Assembly (NCBI GenBank): GCA_036630325.1
Contig: CP142729.1
Coordinates: 310,001 to 374,000, forward strand
DNA length: 64,000 nt
Source of the DNA: Vairimorpha necatrix
Taxonomy: Eukaryota
Reading direction: 5' to 3'
A model generated the notes under the pieces. The model did not search any database, was not told the origin of the DNA, and saw only the letters and a program-made list of their open reading frames with translations. Of the stretch, positions 1 through 11,707 are shown piece by piece. The position numbers and the translations under genes are program-made. Position 1 is the stretch's first letter. Every line of letters starts with the position of its first letter.

Positions 1-499
1 AAAAAATTTATGACTGCGATGAATGAAAGAACGTTACAATGAAGACCCTATGTATATATATATGACCGATATTGTGTGCAGGCGCTTTATAAAAATTAAT
101 TAATTTTTAACTTTTATGGGTAACATAAAAAAATATTGCCTTTGTACAAGACAAAATTTAGTTAGAACACCTTGTATGTAATATTCTACGTGCTTTAATA
201 TTTCAAATGCTAGGTAAAATAAATCATGTTTGGTATAATTAAATTGAGCAACTTAAATAATATTAATTTCCCTACAAAGACTTTAGTTTTATGTGAGTAT
301 TACTCACATATCATGTTGTGGGGTTACATGTATTTCTTTTTAATACAAAATATATTGGATTATAAGTAGAAAAGGGGCAGAAGCAAATATCATATGGTCG
401 TTTGGTATGTAAGGTAATTAGCTGTAATTTCAAAATACTTTTACCGAGGTAATAAAAAAAATCAAATAATTAAATTCATTAAAAAGATCTTAAAGTTAG

Positions 500-600
500 A
501 AGGCAAACACGGAGAGGACGAACAAAAAGTGGATTTACTGGCCGAAGAACTCCACTAAATGCAAGAACGACCGAGCTACCCAAAGCCATGGACAATCCTT
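500..600 (+). pseudogene. possible tiny remnant of a non-LTR (RLE-type) retrotransposon C-terminus
   Basis: aaagtggatttactggccgaagaactccac reads KVDLLAEELH, resembling the KYDxxANELG segment of the remnant at 21.9 kb; no ORF. Confidence 0.2.
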
Positions 601-1860
601 AATTAACTATGTCAATGTGTATATTTTATATTTGATTAGGCTTATTTTGGAAAAACAAACATATATATATATATATATTAGAAATTTATAAAAGCCGTTT
701 GGTTTTTTTAATAATTTCTTATCTATTTATTTGAATTTACCATTAGGCTCAACTACTATGTCCTTTTATGTGATTTTAAAAACAAATGTTGTAATCTGAG
801 AAACAGTAATTGTTTGAAATACTTAAGGAATTTTACTCTAAAAATAATCAAGTTGATTATCACATTGAAGTCAATTGTCCTAAAAATATTCTAATAATGC
901 TTTAGTAGTCAAAATTAAAAAAAAATATAAACAATCGCATATGTGTTAAAACTAATGTATATATACGACCGAAATTTACTTATTAACAGGATGTTATTGG
1001 TTTGTGATATAACACACAATTATTAAGTGAATTCCGTGGGTTAATAACTTTATTCGGCCTTGTATCATATAAAAATTTAAAAGCCTTTAGCGTATATCTT
1101 TGATACTGGCGGATATTACTAGAAAGTGTACTCACGTAAGACATAGAAAATGTATCGATAAAGCGATCCAATTTTATAATTGCGCTAAAAATTGCATAAA
1201 TGTATTTGTAATGGTTACAAAATAGCCGCTAAAAATATTTTTTGTAGTAAATATATACCAACGAGATATGTATAGCTAAATAAAAATAGTTAAACTAGAA
1301 TTGCCTTTAACAATAAATTTGTCATATTTTTCCGTCATAATTTATATGTTTAATGAGTTTTTAAATTCTCTTTTTCCAATTGATCGTAAAAAATAAATTA
1401 TATTCGCAAAAAACCTTTTAATCGGTGTGAAAAAAATGTACTAATGAAATTGAAACAATATTTTTAAGCAATAACATAAAATAAATATGTTTTATAAATT
1501 ATTCATCATTAATTTCCAGCTAAGATCTTTGAATACATTTTTTACTAATTATTTTCTTTTATTTAATTAAAATAGTAAATGTAATCATAATTTGCTATTT
1601 TTTAATTAAATAAACTTTTTAATTTGAAATGTACCATATAATTTCAACAGAATACATAATAAAGATTTTTTTGTTTAGTTTTTAAATTTTTTGTCTGAAG
1701 ACAAAATTTGTAAATTAATTTGTCAGACAATTAAGATTCTCTCATATTTGATTTCACGTCATTTACTCTTTACATATACATTAAAAATTTAATTAATATT
1801 TTTTGAAAATATTCTGTGTTAAGAATGTATATAAAAAGAATTCCAATGATTGCCCTTCTA

Positions 1861-2382
1861 ATGTATTTGATGTTTTATTTATGTGTTATACTAACAAATA
1901 GAGATCATGAGTTAATCGAAAGCCTTCGAATTGATTTATCTGGTTTGTTCAGTGTAAAAAAATATATTCAAAAATTAGATGGTATTTTGAGCGAGTACGA
2001 GCCTGAACATCCAAAAATTGAAGATTATGATACTGAAGAATATAATTTCAAAGAAAGCAGCTTTGAAAGTGAATGGACTCGCAGGTGGAATAAAGAGTGT
2101 GAAAAACACGTAGATATAGTGTTCGATATATATTTTCGCAATGTACGTGTAAAAATCCAACGAGAGTTATTTAATGAAATGGAATATGAAGACGTTAACC
2201 AATTTGATCATACGCGTAGCTTAAGGTGTGAACATGAATTAGCTGATAAAATATTCCACGCAATCAAAGGTATTCAAAAGCAAAAGAACGAAGAACTTCA
2301 AAAGTTTAACGCCAAGATAAACTACATCCGGGAAGATATAAAGAGGGATAAACTTGCGCTCGAAAGGAGATATTGTAAATAA
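1861..2382 (+). CDS. hypothetical secreted protein
   Basis: ORF track 1816..2382 starts at GTG. The ATG at 1861 follows a CCC motif (tgcccttcta ATG) and gives a short hydrophobic signal-like N-terminus (MYLMFYLCVILT) followed by a charged helical body. Confidence 0.65.
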   Translation: MYLMFYLCVILTNRDHELIESLRIDLSGLFSVKKYIQKLDGILSEYEPEHPKIEDYDTEEYNFKESSFESEWTRRWNKECEKHVDIVFDIYFRNVRVKIQRELFNEMEYEDVNQFDHTRSLRCEHELADKIFHAIKGIQKQKNEELQKFNAKINYIREDIKRDKLALERRYCK

Positions 2383-3562
2383 AATTGTAGTATTTGTAGT
2401 ATATATATATTTTTATGAAATATATAAATTTTATTGTAAATTTTTTTACAAAATTAGTCACCATCTTATTTATTTGATAAGTTGCTTTCATTTAGTTAAA
2501 TTATGTTAAAATTTTTTATTAACCATTGTACTAAGTATGAAAAATATCAAAAATCTCATAATTATTGAATTTAAATAAAAGATGTTTTTGTTTATAAACA
2601 AAATAATTAATATTCTATTCCTTTTCAATGACACAAATACTCTGTGTTTTATTGATAAACTAAGAGTTTATGTGTATCAAGGAACCATATACACTACAAT
2701 ATAAATATATAACATTTTCACACTGCTCTAATTGTTACTAATTACCGTATATCATTCATTGGTGCTTTTTGGTATTTTGAATATAGAATGTTTTTTATAC
2801 ATTAGAGATACTCTTTTTTATGCATAACCGCTTTATTTTTTTCCAATAATTTTTGCTTTCAAAAAATAATTCCATTATTTGACATTGCAAAAAAATCCGC
2901 GTGTCTAATTTATTGCGTGTTGAAAATTTACAGATACTTCGACTAAGTTGTTCAATCATGCTATAAAAGAGTTTTAAAAATATATCTTAAAACAAGTTAA
3001 ATGTATCAAAATAAAAATCATTCATTAAGTACCACTCCGTTAGTTAAATGTATTTGACCTAGATCTTATAGCTACCTACACCACTTTGCTACCACATAAA
3101 TTGATAATGTTCATGTTTAATTTAGTTTACTCATTCCGCTAATTGAAGTATATGGCGATAAGAATAAAACCTTTTATGTCTTTATATATTTTATTAAGTT
3201 GTTTCGGGCTGCTATTATAGATTGTAGGAAAAATCCATTAAATATAACGTGGCAGTTTTGACCTAAATAATACATGAGATAGTAAAAAATAAGTTCAATT
3301 AGTAACTTATTCTCTTGAAATTAATTCGAAACTGATTTTTTAGGCGTCAAGTGAGTATTTACTTAAACTTTAATTTATTGACGATTATTCTGTACTACAT
3401 TATTACAATAAAAATCATTTTTTATTTGCAATGTCAAGCCTATTTAATGCCGTTTTTGAAGTAAATACCTCTTTAAATAAATTTTTTTTTTAGTAAAATG
3501 ATGTTTTTAATACACACTATTTTACCTTATATTATATAATAAAAATTTTTACATATTTTTTT

Positions 3563-4123
3563 TTATTTTTTATAATTTTCTTCATGGCTACTTTTCTCAT
3601 CGTCAGCTATCAAATACTCTTCAATCCGTTTTTTACTTTCAATTAAAAAAGGTTTTAATCTTTCAGATGCATAAGTAAAAACATGTCCACTTTCACTAGA
3701 TACAATCAATAAAACATCTGACCCCGTCAATGTCGATATCTCATATGCTTTTTTCATTATCCCTTTTTTCCTTTTACTAAATGTAACATTCCGTCTATTT
3801 TTTTCTTCTATATATTTGATTTTCGGGTCTGTTTTTTTAGATAATGAATTGTATTCAAATCCCATTTCCCTTAAATTAAAATTTGGATTTATATTATCAT
3901 ATTCAGGGTTCATATCATAATGCTTAATGTTTTTTGATGAGTATAAATTTCTCCTTTTGTTGTGGTCGTATCCGTTTATGATTTTTGGTTCATAAGGTGG
4001 TTTTGTATATTGTGGATTATTGAAGAATGACATTTCTTCGTTATAGTTTTGTGGGTTTTTATAATTTGGTCTATTTTGATATTCCTCTTCTGAAGATGAG
4101 TCTGTTGTTCTTTTAGTTTTCAT
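3563..4123 (-). CDS. MADS-box transcription factor, SRF/Mcm1 type
   Basis: IKYIEEKNRRNVTFSKRKKGIMKKAYEISTLTGSDVLLIVSSESGHVFTYAS is a canonical SRF-type MADS domain. Confidence 0.95.
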   Translation of the reverse strand: MKTKRTTDSSSEEEYQNRPNYKNPQNYNEEMSFFNNPQYTKPPYEPKIINGYDHNKRRNLYSSKNIKHYDMNPEYDNINPNFNLREMGFEYNSLSKKTDPKIKYIEEKNRRNVTFSKRKKGIMKKAYEISTLTGSDVLLIVSSESGHVFTYASERLKPFLIESKKRIEEYLIADDEKSSHEENYKK

Positions 4124-4864
4124 TTTGGTACTAAAAAGTATAATGTTTTTAAGTATATTATGGGATAATGAATAAATTAAAAAAAATAAGGAGGTAAAGT
4201 ATAAAAAAGTTAAAAGTTATTTGACCTTTATAAAGGTTAATAGATTATTTTTTATATTTATTTTTGATTTATGATTAACTTTTTAAAGTATCAAATAGTG
4301 TTTTATTATATTGTACCAATAAGAATTAAAAATGATAAAATTTTAAGTATAAATTAGATTATAATTTTTCATAAAAGATCATTTGCAAGTATTTGTTTGA
4401 ATCATTTTAATGTTTATGTTTTTTTTTAAACGATGAAATTCTTAAAGATGCTTTGTTTGAAGAATTCCAAAGGTTTTTTCCGGAAATTTTTTTGATTTAT
4501 TAATACAACATTGACGTATATAATTTTTTACATATTATATTTTATATTTTTTAAATATATACTTAATGTTGTTTTTTATACATTATATATTTTTCAATAT
4601 AAATTTAATGTTTTTTTTGTACATTATATTTTTTATTTCAAATCTAAACACAGTATATTGGTTTTTATATTATAAAAATACTTCTTTATTTTTTAGGCCG
4701 CAAATATAGCCTAATGTGCTTTTTTTTAAATTTAAATTTTTTTTTTCACACAATATATTTTGTTTTGTAATTTTTTATAAACACAGTATATTGGTTTTTT
4801 AAACACATTATAAATTTTTTTTTAAACACTTTATGTTTTTTTTTAATATTATATACACATTTTT

Positions 4865-5590
4865 TTAATAATTTGTTTCTGTTTCATTAGACTCCTCATT
4901 TCTCTTCTTAAAATTCCTTCTACACATGTTTTCATTCCCAAAACTCAAATCTATATCACTATTATTATTATCAAAACTCATATCAAGTTCTCGTCTCCTA
5001 TTTATAAATTTTTCAAATGCTCCCCTATGATCATAAATATTTTTATATTGTAAATCATTATATTCCTCATTAATAATCCGTCCATACCTTTCAAATATGT
5101 CGTCATTATGACTCATTATATTTTTTCTTATTACACACAAGTTTCGTTTTTTTTTATCATTTAAATGTGTTCTCGCCATTTTACTATACGACTCAGGTAT
5201 TATATTTTTCCGTATCTGGCTATAAATAGTACAACAGACTCCTCTTTCTTCATGATTATATACGTTATATATGACTATATGTACTATTTTGTCCATAAAT
5301 TTTGCAGTATAAATTTTTTTTATTAATGGGTTAGTACTCCGTTTTTCTACATACATCATAAATGGACCTAGGGCCCTTGACGGTGACCAGGATTTTGAGT
5401 CAGTCCATCGTATGATACCACTTTCTTCTTCTAAGTATACGAATGAGTATCCTGGTTTTATCATTCGTTTTTCGTTTTCTGTTAGTCTTCTTTTTAGTCT
5501 GTTTAAGAGTCCTTCCATTGCTAAGTTGATTATGTGGCTACATTCCATTTCAGAATGAAGACATCCTATGAAATTAGTAAGATTTTCCAT
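4865..5590 (-). CDS. Gti1/Pac2 (WOPR) family transcription factor
   Basis: GLLNRLKRRLTENEKRMIKPGYSFVYLEEESGIIRWTDSKSWSPSRALGPFMMY matches the WOPRa box (RRL..ER..I..G..FV..E..SGI.RWTD...WS.SR); CCC motif before the ATG. Confidence 0.9.
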   Translation of the reverse strand: MENLTNFIGCLHSEMECSHIINLAMEGLLNRLKRRLTENEKRMIKPGYSFVYLEEESGIIRWTDSKSWSPSRALGPFMMYVEKRSTNPLIKKIYTAKFMDKIVHIVIYNVYNHEERGVCCTIYSQIRKNIIPESYSKMARTHLNDKKKRNLCVIRKNIMSHNDDIFERYGRIINEEYNDLQYKNIYDHRGAFEKFINRRRELDMSFDNNNSDIDLSFGNENMCRRNFKKRNEESNETETNY

Positions 5591-5987
5591 ATTAGGGTTG
5601 ATTAGAGATTATTAAGACTTTTCATGATTTAGAAGTAACTTTATTTTATACTTGACATATAGAATATTAATTAAATTTTTTTTTACAATATTATTTAGAT
5701 TAATTATGAATTTATAAATAAGTTTTTTATAAATTCCTGATTAATCTTTTTTTATATATTTCTTGAGTATTTTGACATGTATCTTTAATATTTTAGTATG
5801 CTCAGATAAGGTTAATTATATTTTTAATTTGAGACATGTCAAAAACCATAAAAAAATATAAAAAAGATGAGTAAAGTATCTATAAAAAAATATAAAAAAG
5901 ATGAATAAAGTATCTATAAAAAAATATAAATATGATGTGAATTATATAATTAAGATAATTACTTATATAATGAATTATTTTATTATT

Positions 5988-6140
5988 TTATCTTGCTTCG
6001 AGTTGTACTACATTTTTAGTCCTCATCTTCCTTAAGATTCTGTTCCCACAGTCCAGACATTTTATGGGGTCCCCTTGTTTTATTTGTCTCTCAGTGATGC
6101 AGTTCAGACAAGCGTAGCTGTAAATTTTCTCCTCATTCAT
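5988..6140 (-). CDS. RPB12: RNA polymerase I/II/III shared subunit RPABC4 (Rpb12/Rpc10), 50 aa, absent from the ORF track
   Basis: Manual translation MNEEKIYSYACLNCITERQIKQGDPIKCLDCGNRILRKMRTKNVVQLEAR*: CxxC...CxxCG.RIL.K.RT...VQ.EAR zinc ribbon; cccctc directly before the ATG. Confidence 0.93.
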   Translation of the reverse strand: MNEEKIYSYACLNCITERQIKQGDPIKCLDCGNRILRKMRTKNVVQLEAR

Positions 6141-6153
6141 GAGGGGTAAAATA

Positions 6154-8313
6154 TTATGGATTTAAATAAATGAAGGAAGTGACTACAGTTCTGTAAGAAA
6201 CATGACTCATTTCATCTTGTTGAGATATTGTGCTTTTATCACTTAATGATAAAGTGCTTTGATCACTTATTAATATTGTGCTTTGGTCACTTATTAATAT
6301 TGTATTTTGATCTTGAAAAGATGTTATACTCTGGTCTTGAAAAGACGATATACTCTGGCCTTGGGAAGATGTTGTGCTCTGGTCACTTATTAATATTGTA
6401 TTTTGATCACTTATTAATATTGTATTATGGTCTTGAGAAGATATTGTGCTTTGATCTTGACTCATTTCATTTTGATCTCTTAGTGATATTGTGCTTTGAT
6501 CTTGAGAAGATACTGTCTTATATTCTGTGTAATATTTAGTCCTGTATATAGTGACTGTCTTTTTAGGGGGTCTTTCTATTTCTAAGTCCAGGATGATTTG
6601 TCGGCCCTTCTTGCACTTGGGGCGTGTACTCGGGGGACTAACAGAGGACGGGATTGTGGAATCTAAAGACAAGGCATTAGTGCTCACATATTTATCTATG
6701 ATAGTATTCATAGACTTGTTTATATTCTCATTTGACTTAATCTGATCACTTGAGACCAGTGACAGGGTTACTAATTCTATATTACTCTGGGGGAATATAC
6801 TAGTAGGGGTAAATGTTCTATTTGTCTCTGTTTCTTCTACTAGTAAAGTTATAAGATCATCCTGACTGGAAGAGATGCTCTTTAAATTCACCGTAGGAAG
6901 GAAAAGGGACGAGGATCCTGATAGAGAGCTGGTATTTAACATATCTCTAGTATTAGACAATATACTTGAGTCACTAATAGACTTTATACTGGATTTATAT
7001 TCTTGATTTTCTTCTATACTTGTGACATTTATAGTACTTGACTTATTTGTTTTATTTTCTTCTGAGTTTATATCAAATTTATATTTTATCTCACTGGTCT
7101 TATTTTCTTGAGTCTTCTTGTCTTTGTACAGTAGTCCCTTAAATGTATTTTTTTCCTTATCGGGGAACCTATTAAATGTATTTTTTTCTTTCTTAGGGGG
7201 TCTATTAAATATGTTCCCTGTCTTCTCTGGGTTCCCCAGTAAGTCACAGTTCTTTTTATTTATTTGTACCGTGTTTCTAATATTCTTGTCTCTGCTTACT
7301 TTTTTCTTCTTTTTCTGTTTCTTTATGGTCACTGTACTTGAGACAGTCTTTGTTTTATATATTGTGACGGGAGAGTGCATGTCCTTATTCTGTTTAAGTT
7401 TATTTAAATCTTCCTTATATATTGTTCTGTATATTGTAGTAGTAGATATTTTATCTTGATCTGACTCTGTGGTCAGTTCACTGAGTTTTGTATAAGTGGG
7501 CTTGTCTTCTATCGTCTTATAAATTGTAGTGGTGTCTTTAGTATCATCAAATATTATATATTTCTTCGTAGTAGTAATCCGGTCTCTCTTAGTAATTGTC
7601 TTGGTCCTGGTCTCTTTCTTAGTGTCTGTCTGTGTCTCGATCTCTTTCTTATACACTGTCCTTGTGTAGGACAGTGTCTTCTTCTCTACTTGTCTCTTCA
7701 GAAGAGTCTTTATATTTGTAGTAGTGGATGTTAAGACTACAATATTCTTAATATTCCTTATCTCTTGTATTAGATCATTATAAGGGAAGTTAGGTCTACT
7801 TGTAACAGTTGAGATAGAAGTAGTAGTGCATGTACTTGTAATCTGTCCTACTAATGTAAGAGGATTCTCTTTATAAGTCGAGTACGGCACAATAATATCC
7901 TCCGTATAAATCGAATATGGCCCGAGAGGATTTACAATATTCTTTGTATCTTTATAAAGACCATTAGGATTCACTTTATAAGTAGTGTATGGCATAAGAG
8001 GAGTCTCATTATGCTTTGTATTATGGCATCTATTAAATAATATCTGATTCTGCACTAAATAATTATACAAATCTCTATCAGACACTGAAACATAAGAAGG
8101 AGACTTAACAGACTTGTACCACTCATTGAGACTACAAATATCATAAGTCTTATCTTGGAATCTGAGATAATTATCTACTTTCTTCTTTAGTAAATTTATA
8201 TACGCAGACTTATTAAAGGCACAATATCTTTCACAATCTTTATTGTAACTACTGCAATTACAAGATTGTAAATCACTTTGAGAGGACAAAAGCAAGAAAA
8301 AGAGGGAAAACAT
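6154..8313 (-). CDS. large secreted Thr/Ser-rich (mucin-like) protein with C-terminal 8-aa repeats; candidate spore-surface structural protein
   Basis: Likely ATG 8313 (MFSLFFLLLSS, signal-like); Cys cluster near the N-terminus; TTTIY(K/R)T repeats; DQ(S/N)T(I/T)(L/S)xS repeats at ~6215-6520. Confidence 0.75.
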   Translation of the reverse strand: MFSLFFLLLSSQSDLQSCNCSSYNKDCERYCAFNKSAYINLLKKKVDNYLRFQDKTYDICSLNEWYKSVKSPSYVSVSDRDLYNYLVQNQILFNRCHNTKHNETPLMPYTTYKVNPNGLYKDTKNIVNPLGPYSIYTEDIIVPYSTYKENPLTLVGQITSTCTTTSISTVTSRPNFPYNDLIQEIRNIKNIVVLTSTTTNIKTLLKRQVEKKTLSYTRTVYKKEIETQTDTKKETRTKTITKRDRITTTKKYIIFDDTKDTTTIYKTIEDKPTYTKLSELTTESDQDKISTTTIYRTIYKEDLNKLKQNKDMHSPVTIYKTKTVSSTVTIKKQKKKKKVSRDKNIRNTVQINKKNCDLLGNPEKTGNIFNRPPKKEKNTFNRFPDKEKNTFKGLLYKDKKTQENKTSEIKYKFDINSEENKTNKSSTINVTSIEENQEYKSSIKSISDSSILSNTRDMLNTSSLSGSSSLFLPTVNLKSISSSQDDLITLLVEETETNRTFTPTSIFPQSNIELVTLSLVSSDQIKSNENINKSMNTIIDKYVSTNALSLDSTIPSSVSPPSTRPKCKKGRQIILDLEIERPPKKTVTIYRTKYYTEYKTVSSQDQSTISLRDQNEMSQDQSTISSQDHNTILISDQNTILISDQSTTSSQGQSISSFQDQSITSFQDQNTILISDQSTILISDQSTLSLSDKSTISQQDEMSHVSYRTVVTSFIYLNP

Positions 8314-9077
8314 TGTTTTGTTAGTAAACAAAAACAAAGAAAATATTTATCATAAAAATATTTTCTATGTGAAATATCTACTTTATAAGGACTAAAACTC
8401 CATGCATTAAATCTATAAGCTTACACATTTGCAACTCAAAGCATTAAATCCATAAGTTTACACATTTCATAACTCCACAAATTTGAACCTTTATACATTT
8501 TGTAACTCCACATATTATCTTGACTTCATACATTTACAACTCACAAAATCTTTGTTTATACATTTTGTAACTCTCCATATTGTTCTATAACTAAGAATAT
8601 TTTGTCTGTTAATTTTTGAATATTCATGCAGAAATTTTATATTTATAGTAAAAAAGTAGAGTTTGTTTGTTCAAACAAACTGCATAAAAAATCAAAAATA
8701 AAACTATAAATTATACTTTATGTATTATGATAATCAATTTCTAAACTATACATTTTAAAATTTAAAAAAATAATTTTTTTTGTAAAATATTATATATGAG
8801 ATCTAATGCACTCGAAATTAAACATACAAGCAGTTTAAAAAATTATGTAATTTTTTTGAAAGTCAATTTTTTTTACTCTAAAACACTTAAAAAACATATT
8901 AAAACACTGTTACAAAATATATTTTACCCCCATTAATAAAAAAAATTTTTCAAATTAATTTACTTTTTTAATTAAATTAATTAAAAATTCAATTTATTAT
9001 TTTTGAAACATATTTTCTGTTTCTGAAACACATTTCAAATATTTAAACAATAACAAAAGTAAATAAACAAAAAACTC

Positions 9078-10982
9078 ATGATACTCTTTTACATTTTCAA
9101 TATAACTTGTAAGATATTTGACAACAAAGAATTTGCTAGTTTCCTTGATGAAAAGTTTAATAAAGAAGAAAAACCTGGTATAGAGAAGTTTGTGGATAAT
9201 CTTGATACTAGTGAGTCTATAAATTTGATAACAAAAGACAATTTGGCGCCACAAGCAGGTGGAGAAGCGAAACCACAAGCAGGTGGTAAGGCAGGCGGCG
9301 AATCAAAACCACAAGCAGGCGGAGATAAAAAAGAAGGCGGCAAGGCAGGAGATAAAAAAGGAGGTGGCGACAAAAAAGAAGGAGGTGATGATAAAAATGT
9401 TACAGTTCAACAAATTAAAGTAAAAGATAAAGATGCGAAACTTGTAAAATCAACTGATGGTGATGGAACAAGTATAATTGTACTTGCTGATCAAGAAATT
9501 ATGAATAATGAAGAAGAATTAAAAAAATTACCATCTGAAATAGGACAAGCCGGTGGAAAAGAAGGCGAGAAAAAAGCCAGTGGAAAAGGAGGCGAATCTA
9601 AACCTCAAGCTGGAGGAAAAGGAGGTGAGCAAAAAGCTGGTGGAAAAGGTGGCGAGCAAAAAGCTGGTGGAAAAGGAGGCGAATCTAAACCACAAGCAGG
9701 TGGTAAAGGTTCTCCTCTTATAAACTCCCCATCTCAAGAATCAACCCAAGAAGGTCTTTCCCTATCAGAAAATTTTGACTCATCACTAGGCGATAAAAAA
9801 AATAAAAACCGAGAAGCATCAATTACTGTAATGATAAATAACGAGCCGAAAAATGTAAAAGTAGGTATAAAAACTTTTACTATAATCGAATCTATCTCTC
9901 AAGAAGCTATTAAAGATAAAAAAGGTAGTGTATCTGATAAAAGTATACAATCGTATCAAAAAATTAATACACCAGAAATGAAAAAAGATACAGAGGAAAA
10001 GAAAAACGAAGAGATAAAAAAGAAAGAAGCGGAAGTTAAAAAAGAAGCAGGGAAAGATAAAGAAGCGAAAAAGAAAGCTGAAGAAAAAAAAGATAAAGAA
10101 AAAGAAAAAGAAGAAAAAAAAGATAAAGAAGTGACAAAGAAAGATGAGGAGAAAGAAAAAGATGCAAAGAAGAAAGCAGACGAAAAAAAAGAGAAGGAAA
10201 AAGAAGAGAAAGAAAAAGAGGCAAAGAAGAAAGCGGAAGAAAAAAAAGAAGAAGTAAAAAAACAAGCAGAAGAACCTAAAAAGAAAATTGAAGATAAAAA
10301 AAAAGAAGATAAAAAAGCTGAAGACAAGAAAAAAGAAGATAAAAAAGCTGAAGACAAGAAAAAAGAAGATAAAAAAGCTGAAGACAAGAAAAAAGAAGGA
10401 GACACTGGGAATTTAGAAAAAGCAATCGACAAAAGCCAAGAAAAAATAGTTAAAGACGCTCAAAAAAACAAAGAAGATATCAAAAAAGATATAAACCAAT
10501 CAAAAACTGACATTAAAAAAGATTCCAAAGAAAATAAAGAAGAAATAAAAAAAGAATTAGATAAGAAAGAAATAAAATACGAGACACCTGACTTCGAGTC
10601 TGCTTCTAAACCAGAAAAACAAGGAATTTGGTCATCAATTTTTAATAATAATGATAATAAAAGGTTAAATAAATCCGAAGAAGAAGCAAGTAAAAAGAAG
10701 TCAGAAAATACAGATTTGAATAGTAAGAAAGCACTTGAATCAGTAGTCTTTGAAGGGAATACTAAGGATATGAAACCAGTCACGAATAATAATAAAGACC
10801 AAGGGTCTGCTTCAATTGATGATCTTCTTTATGTAATAAAGAATATGCCTGGGAAAGTTAATATTAATAAAGATGGACCTAAGATTTTTATAGAGGGAGA
10901 TTTTAAATCTCCTAATATGAAAGATAAGAAAAAGAGTGAGTTTAAGTTTAGTGGAGTAATTAAATCTAAAGCAAGTCAATAA
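9078..10982 (+). CDS. secreted Lys/Glu-rich protein with PQAGG repeats; candidate spore wall/polar tube-associated protein
   Basis: 634-aa ORF; signal-like MILFYIFNITC; GGxxKPQAGG and EDKKKEDKKA repeats. Confidence 0.8.
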   Translation: MILFYIFNITCKIFDNKEFASFLDEKFNKEEKPGIEKFVDNLDTSESINLITKDNLAPQAGGEAKPQAGGKAGGESKPQAGGDKKEGGKAGDKKGGGDKKEGGDDKNVTVQQIKVKDKDAKLVKSTDGDGTSIIVLADQEIMNNEEELKKLPSEIGQAGGKEGEKKASGKGGESKPQAGGKGGEQKAGGKGGEQKAGGKGGESKPQAGGKGSPLINSPSQESTQEGLSLSENFDSSLGDKKNKNREASITVMINNEPKNVKVGIKTFTIIESISQEAIKDKKGSVSDKSIQSYQKINTPEMKKDTEEKKNEEIKKKEAEVKKEAGKDKEAKKKAEEKKDKEKEKEEKKDKEVTKKDEEKEKDAKKKADEKKEKEKEEKEKEAKKKAEEKKEEVKKQAEEPKKKIEDKKKEDKKAEDKKKEDKKAEDKKKEDKKAEDKKKEGDTGNLEKAIDKSQEKIVKDAQKNKEDIKKDINQSKTDIKKDSKENKEEIKKELDKKEIKYETPDFESASKPEKQGIWSSIFNNNDNKRLNKSEEEASKKKSENTDLNSKKALESVVFEGNTKDMKPVTNNNKDQGSASIDDLLYVIKNMPGKVNINKDGPKIFIEGDFKSPNMKDKKKSEFKFSGVIKSKASQ

Positions 10983-11161
10983 TTAAAAAATTATTATAAA
11001 AATATTATATTTTTTAAATGTCCCATCGAATTATATATTTGATATATAAAAAAATATTATATTTTTTAAGTAGCATATTTAATTATAAAGTCAATTATTA
11101 TTATATTGACTTTTTATTCGAATAATAAAATTATTGAACATATACTTTCTTAATAATTTGT

Positions 11162-11707
11162 TTATTTAAACCAAAATCTTAATATAAAAAATATGAATAT
11201 AACAATCACCAATCCTGTCACAAATATCTTATTATCTGCCAAATATCTTCTATCGATTTCATTTACAAGTTCTTTACTCAGTCCTAATTTTATTAATCCT
11301 CCTTTTAATCTCGAATTTGTTCTTTCAATATATCGCCCTTGTTTTTGTATAGTGTCTAGAATATTTACTGCGTCTGTTATAATATTATTGACTCTTTGTG
11401 TCTTCTCATTATAATATGTGTCTTGAGTACACTCAGTAAAAGGCTCGTCTGGCTTCAATTTGCTTTTTATCATTTCTTCGTCTTCTTCTTTCCGTCTCAT
11501 TAATCTTTTATTACTAAGTTTAATAATCCTATGATTGAAATCTTCAGCTTTTAATTTTAATTCTGTGTCTTGGATATAACTAACTAATTTTACAAATTTT
11601 TGGATTCTTATGGCCAGTGTGCCAATATTTTGAAGAGACTCTTCTGACTTCAGAAGTTCTGCTTCTATTTCTTCTGATTCTTTTTGTAATTTTTTTATAT
11701 TTGTCAT
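11162..11707 (-). CDS. BOS1: Qb-SNARE, Bos1/membrin-like
   Basis: C-terminal SNARE motif ILDTIQKQ...LGLSKELVNEIDRRYLADNKIF followed by a terminal TM helix; CCC motif before the ATG. Confidence 0.75.
   Translation of the reverse strand: MTNIKKLQKESEEIEAELLKSEESLQNIGTLAIRIQKFVKLVSYIQDTELKLKAEDFNHRIIKLSNKRLMRRKEEDEEMIKSKLKPDEPFTECTQDTYYNEKTQRVNNIITDAVNILDTIQKQGRYIERTNSRLKGGLIKLGLSKELVNEIDRRYLADNKIFVTGLVIVIFIFFILRFWFK

Noticed and set aside
4500-4860. Degenerate AT-rich repeats (also ~5845-5930, ~8395-8580, ~23080-23160)
   Set aside because: Ordinary slippage-derived low-complexity intergenic repeats with no further structure
9819-10432. Phe/Ser-rich antisense ORFs
   Set aside because: Shadows of the Lys/Glu-rich repeat gene on the opposite strand
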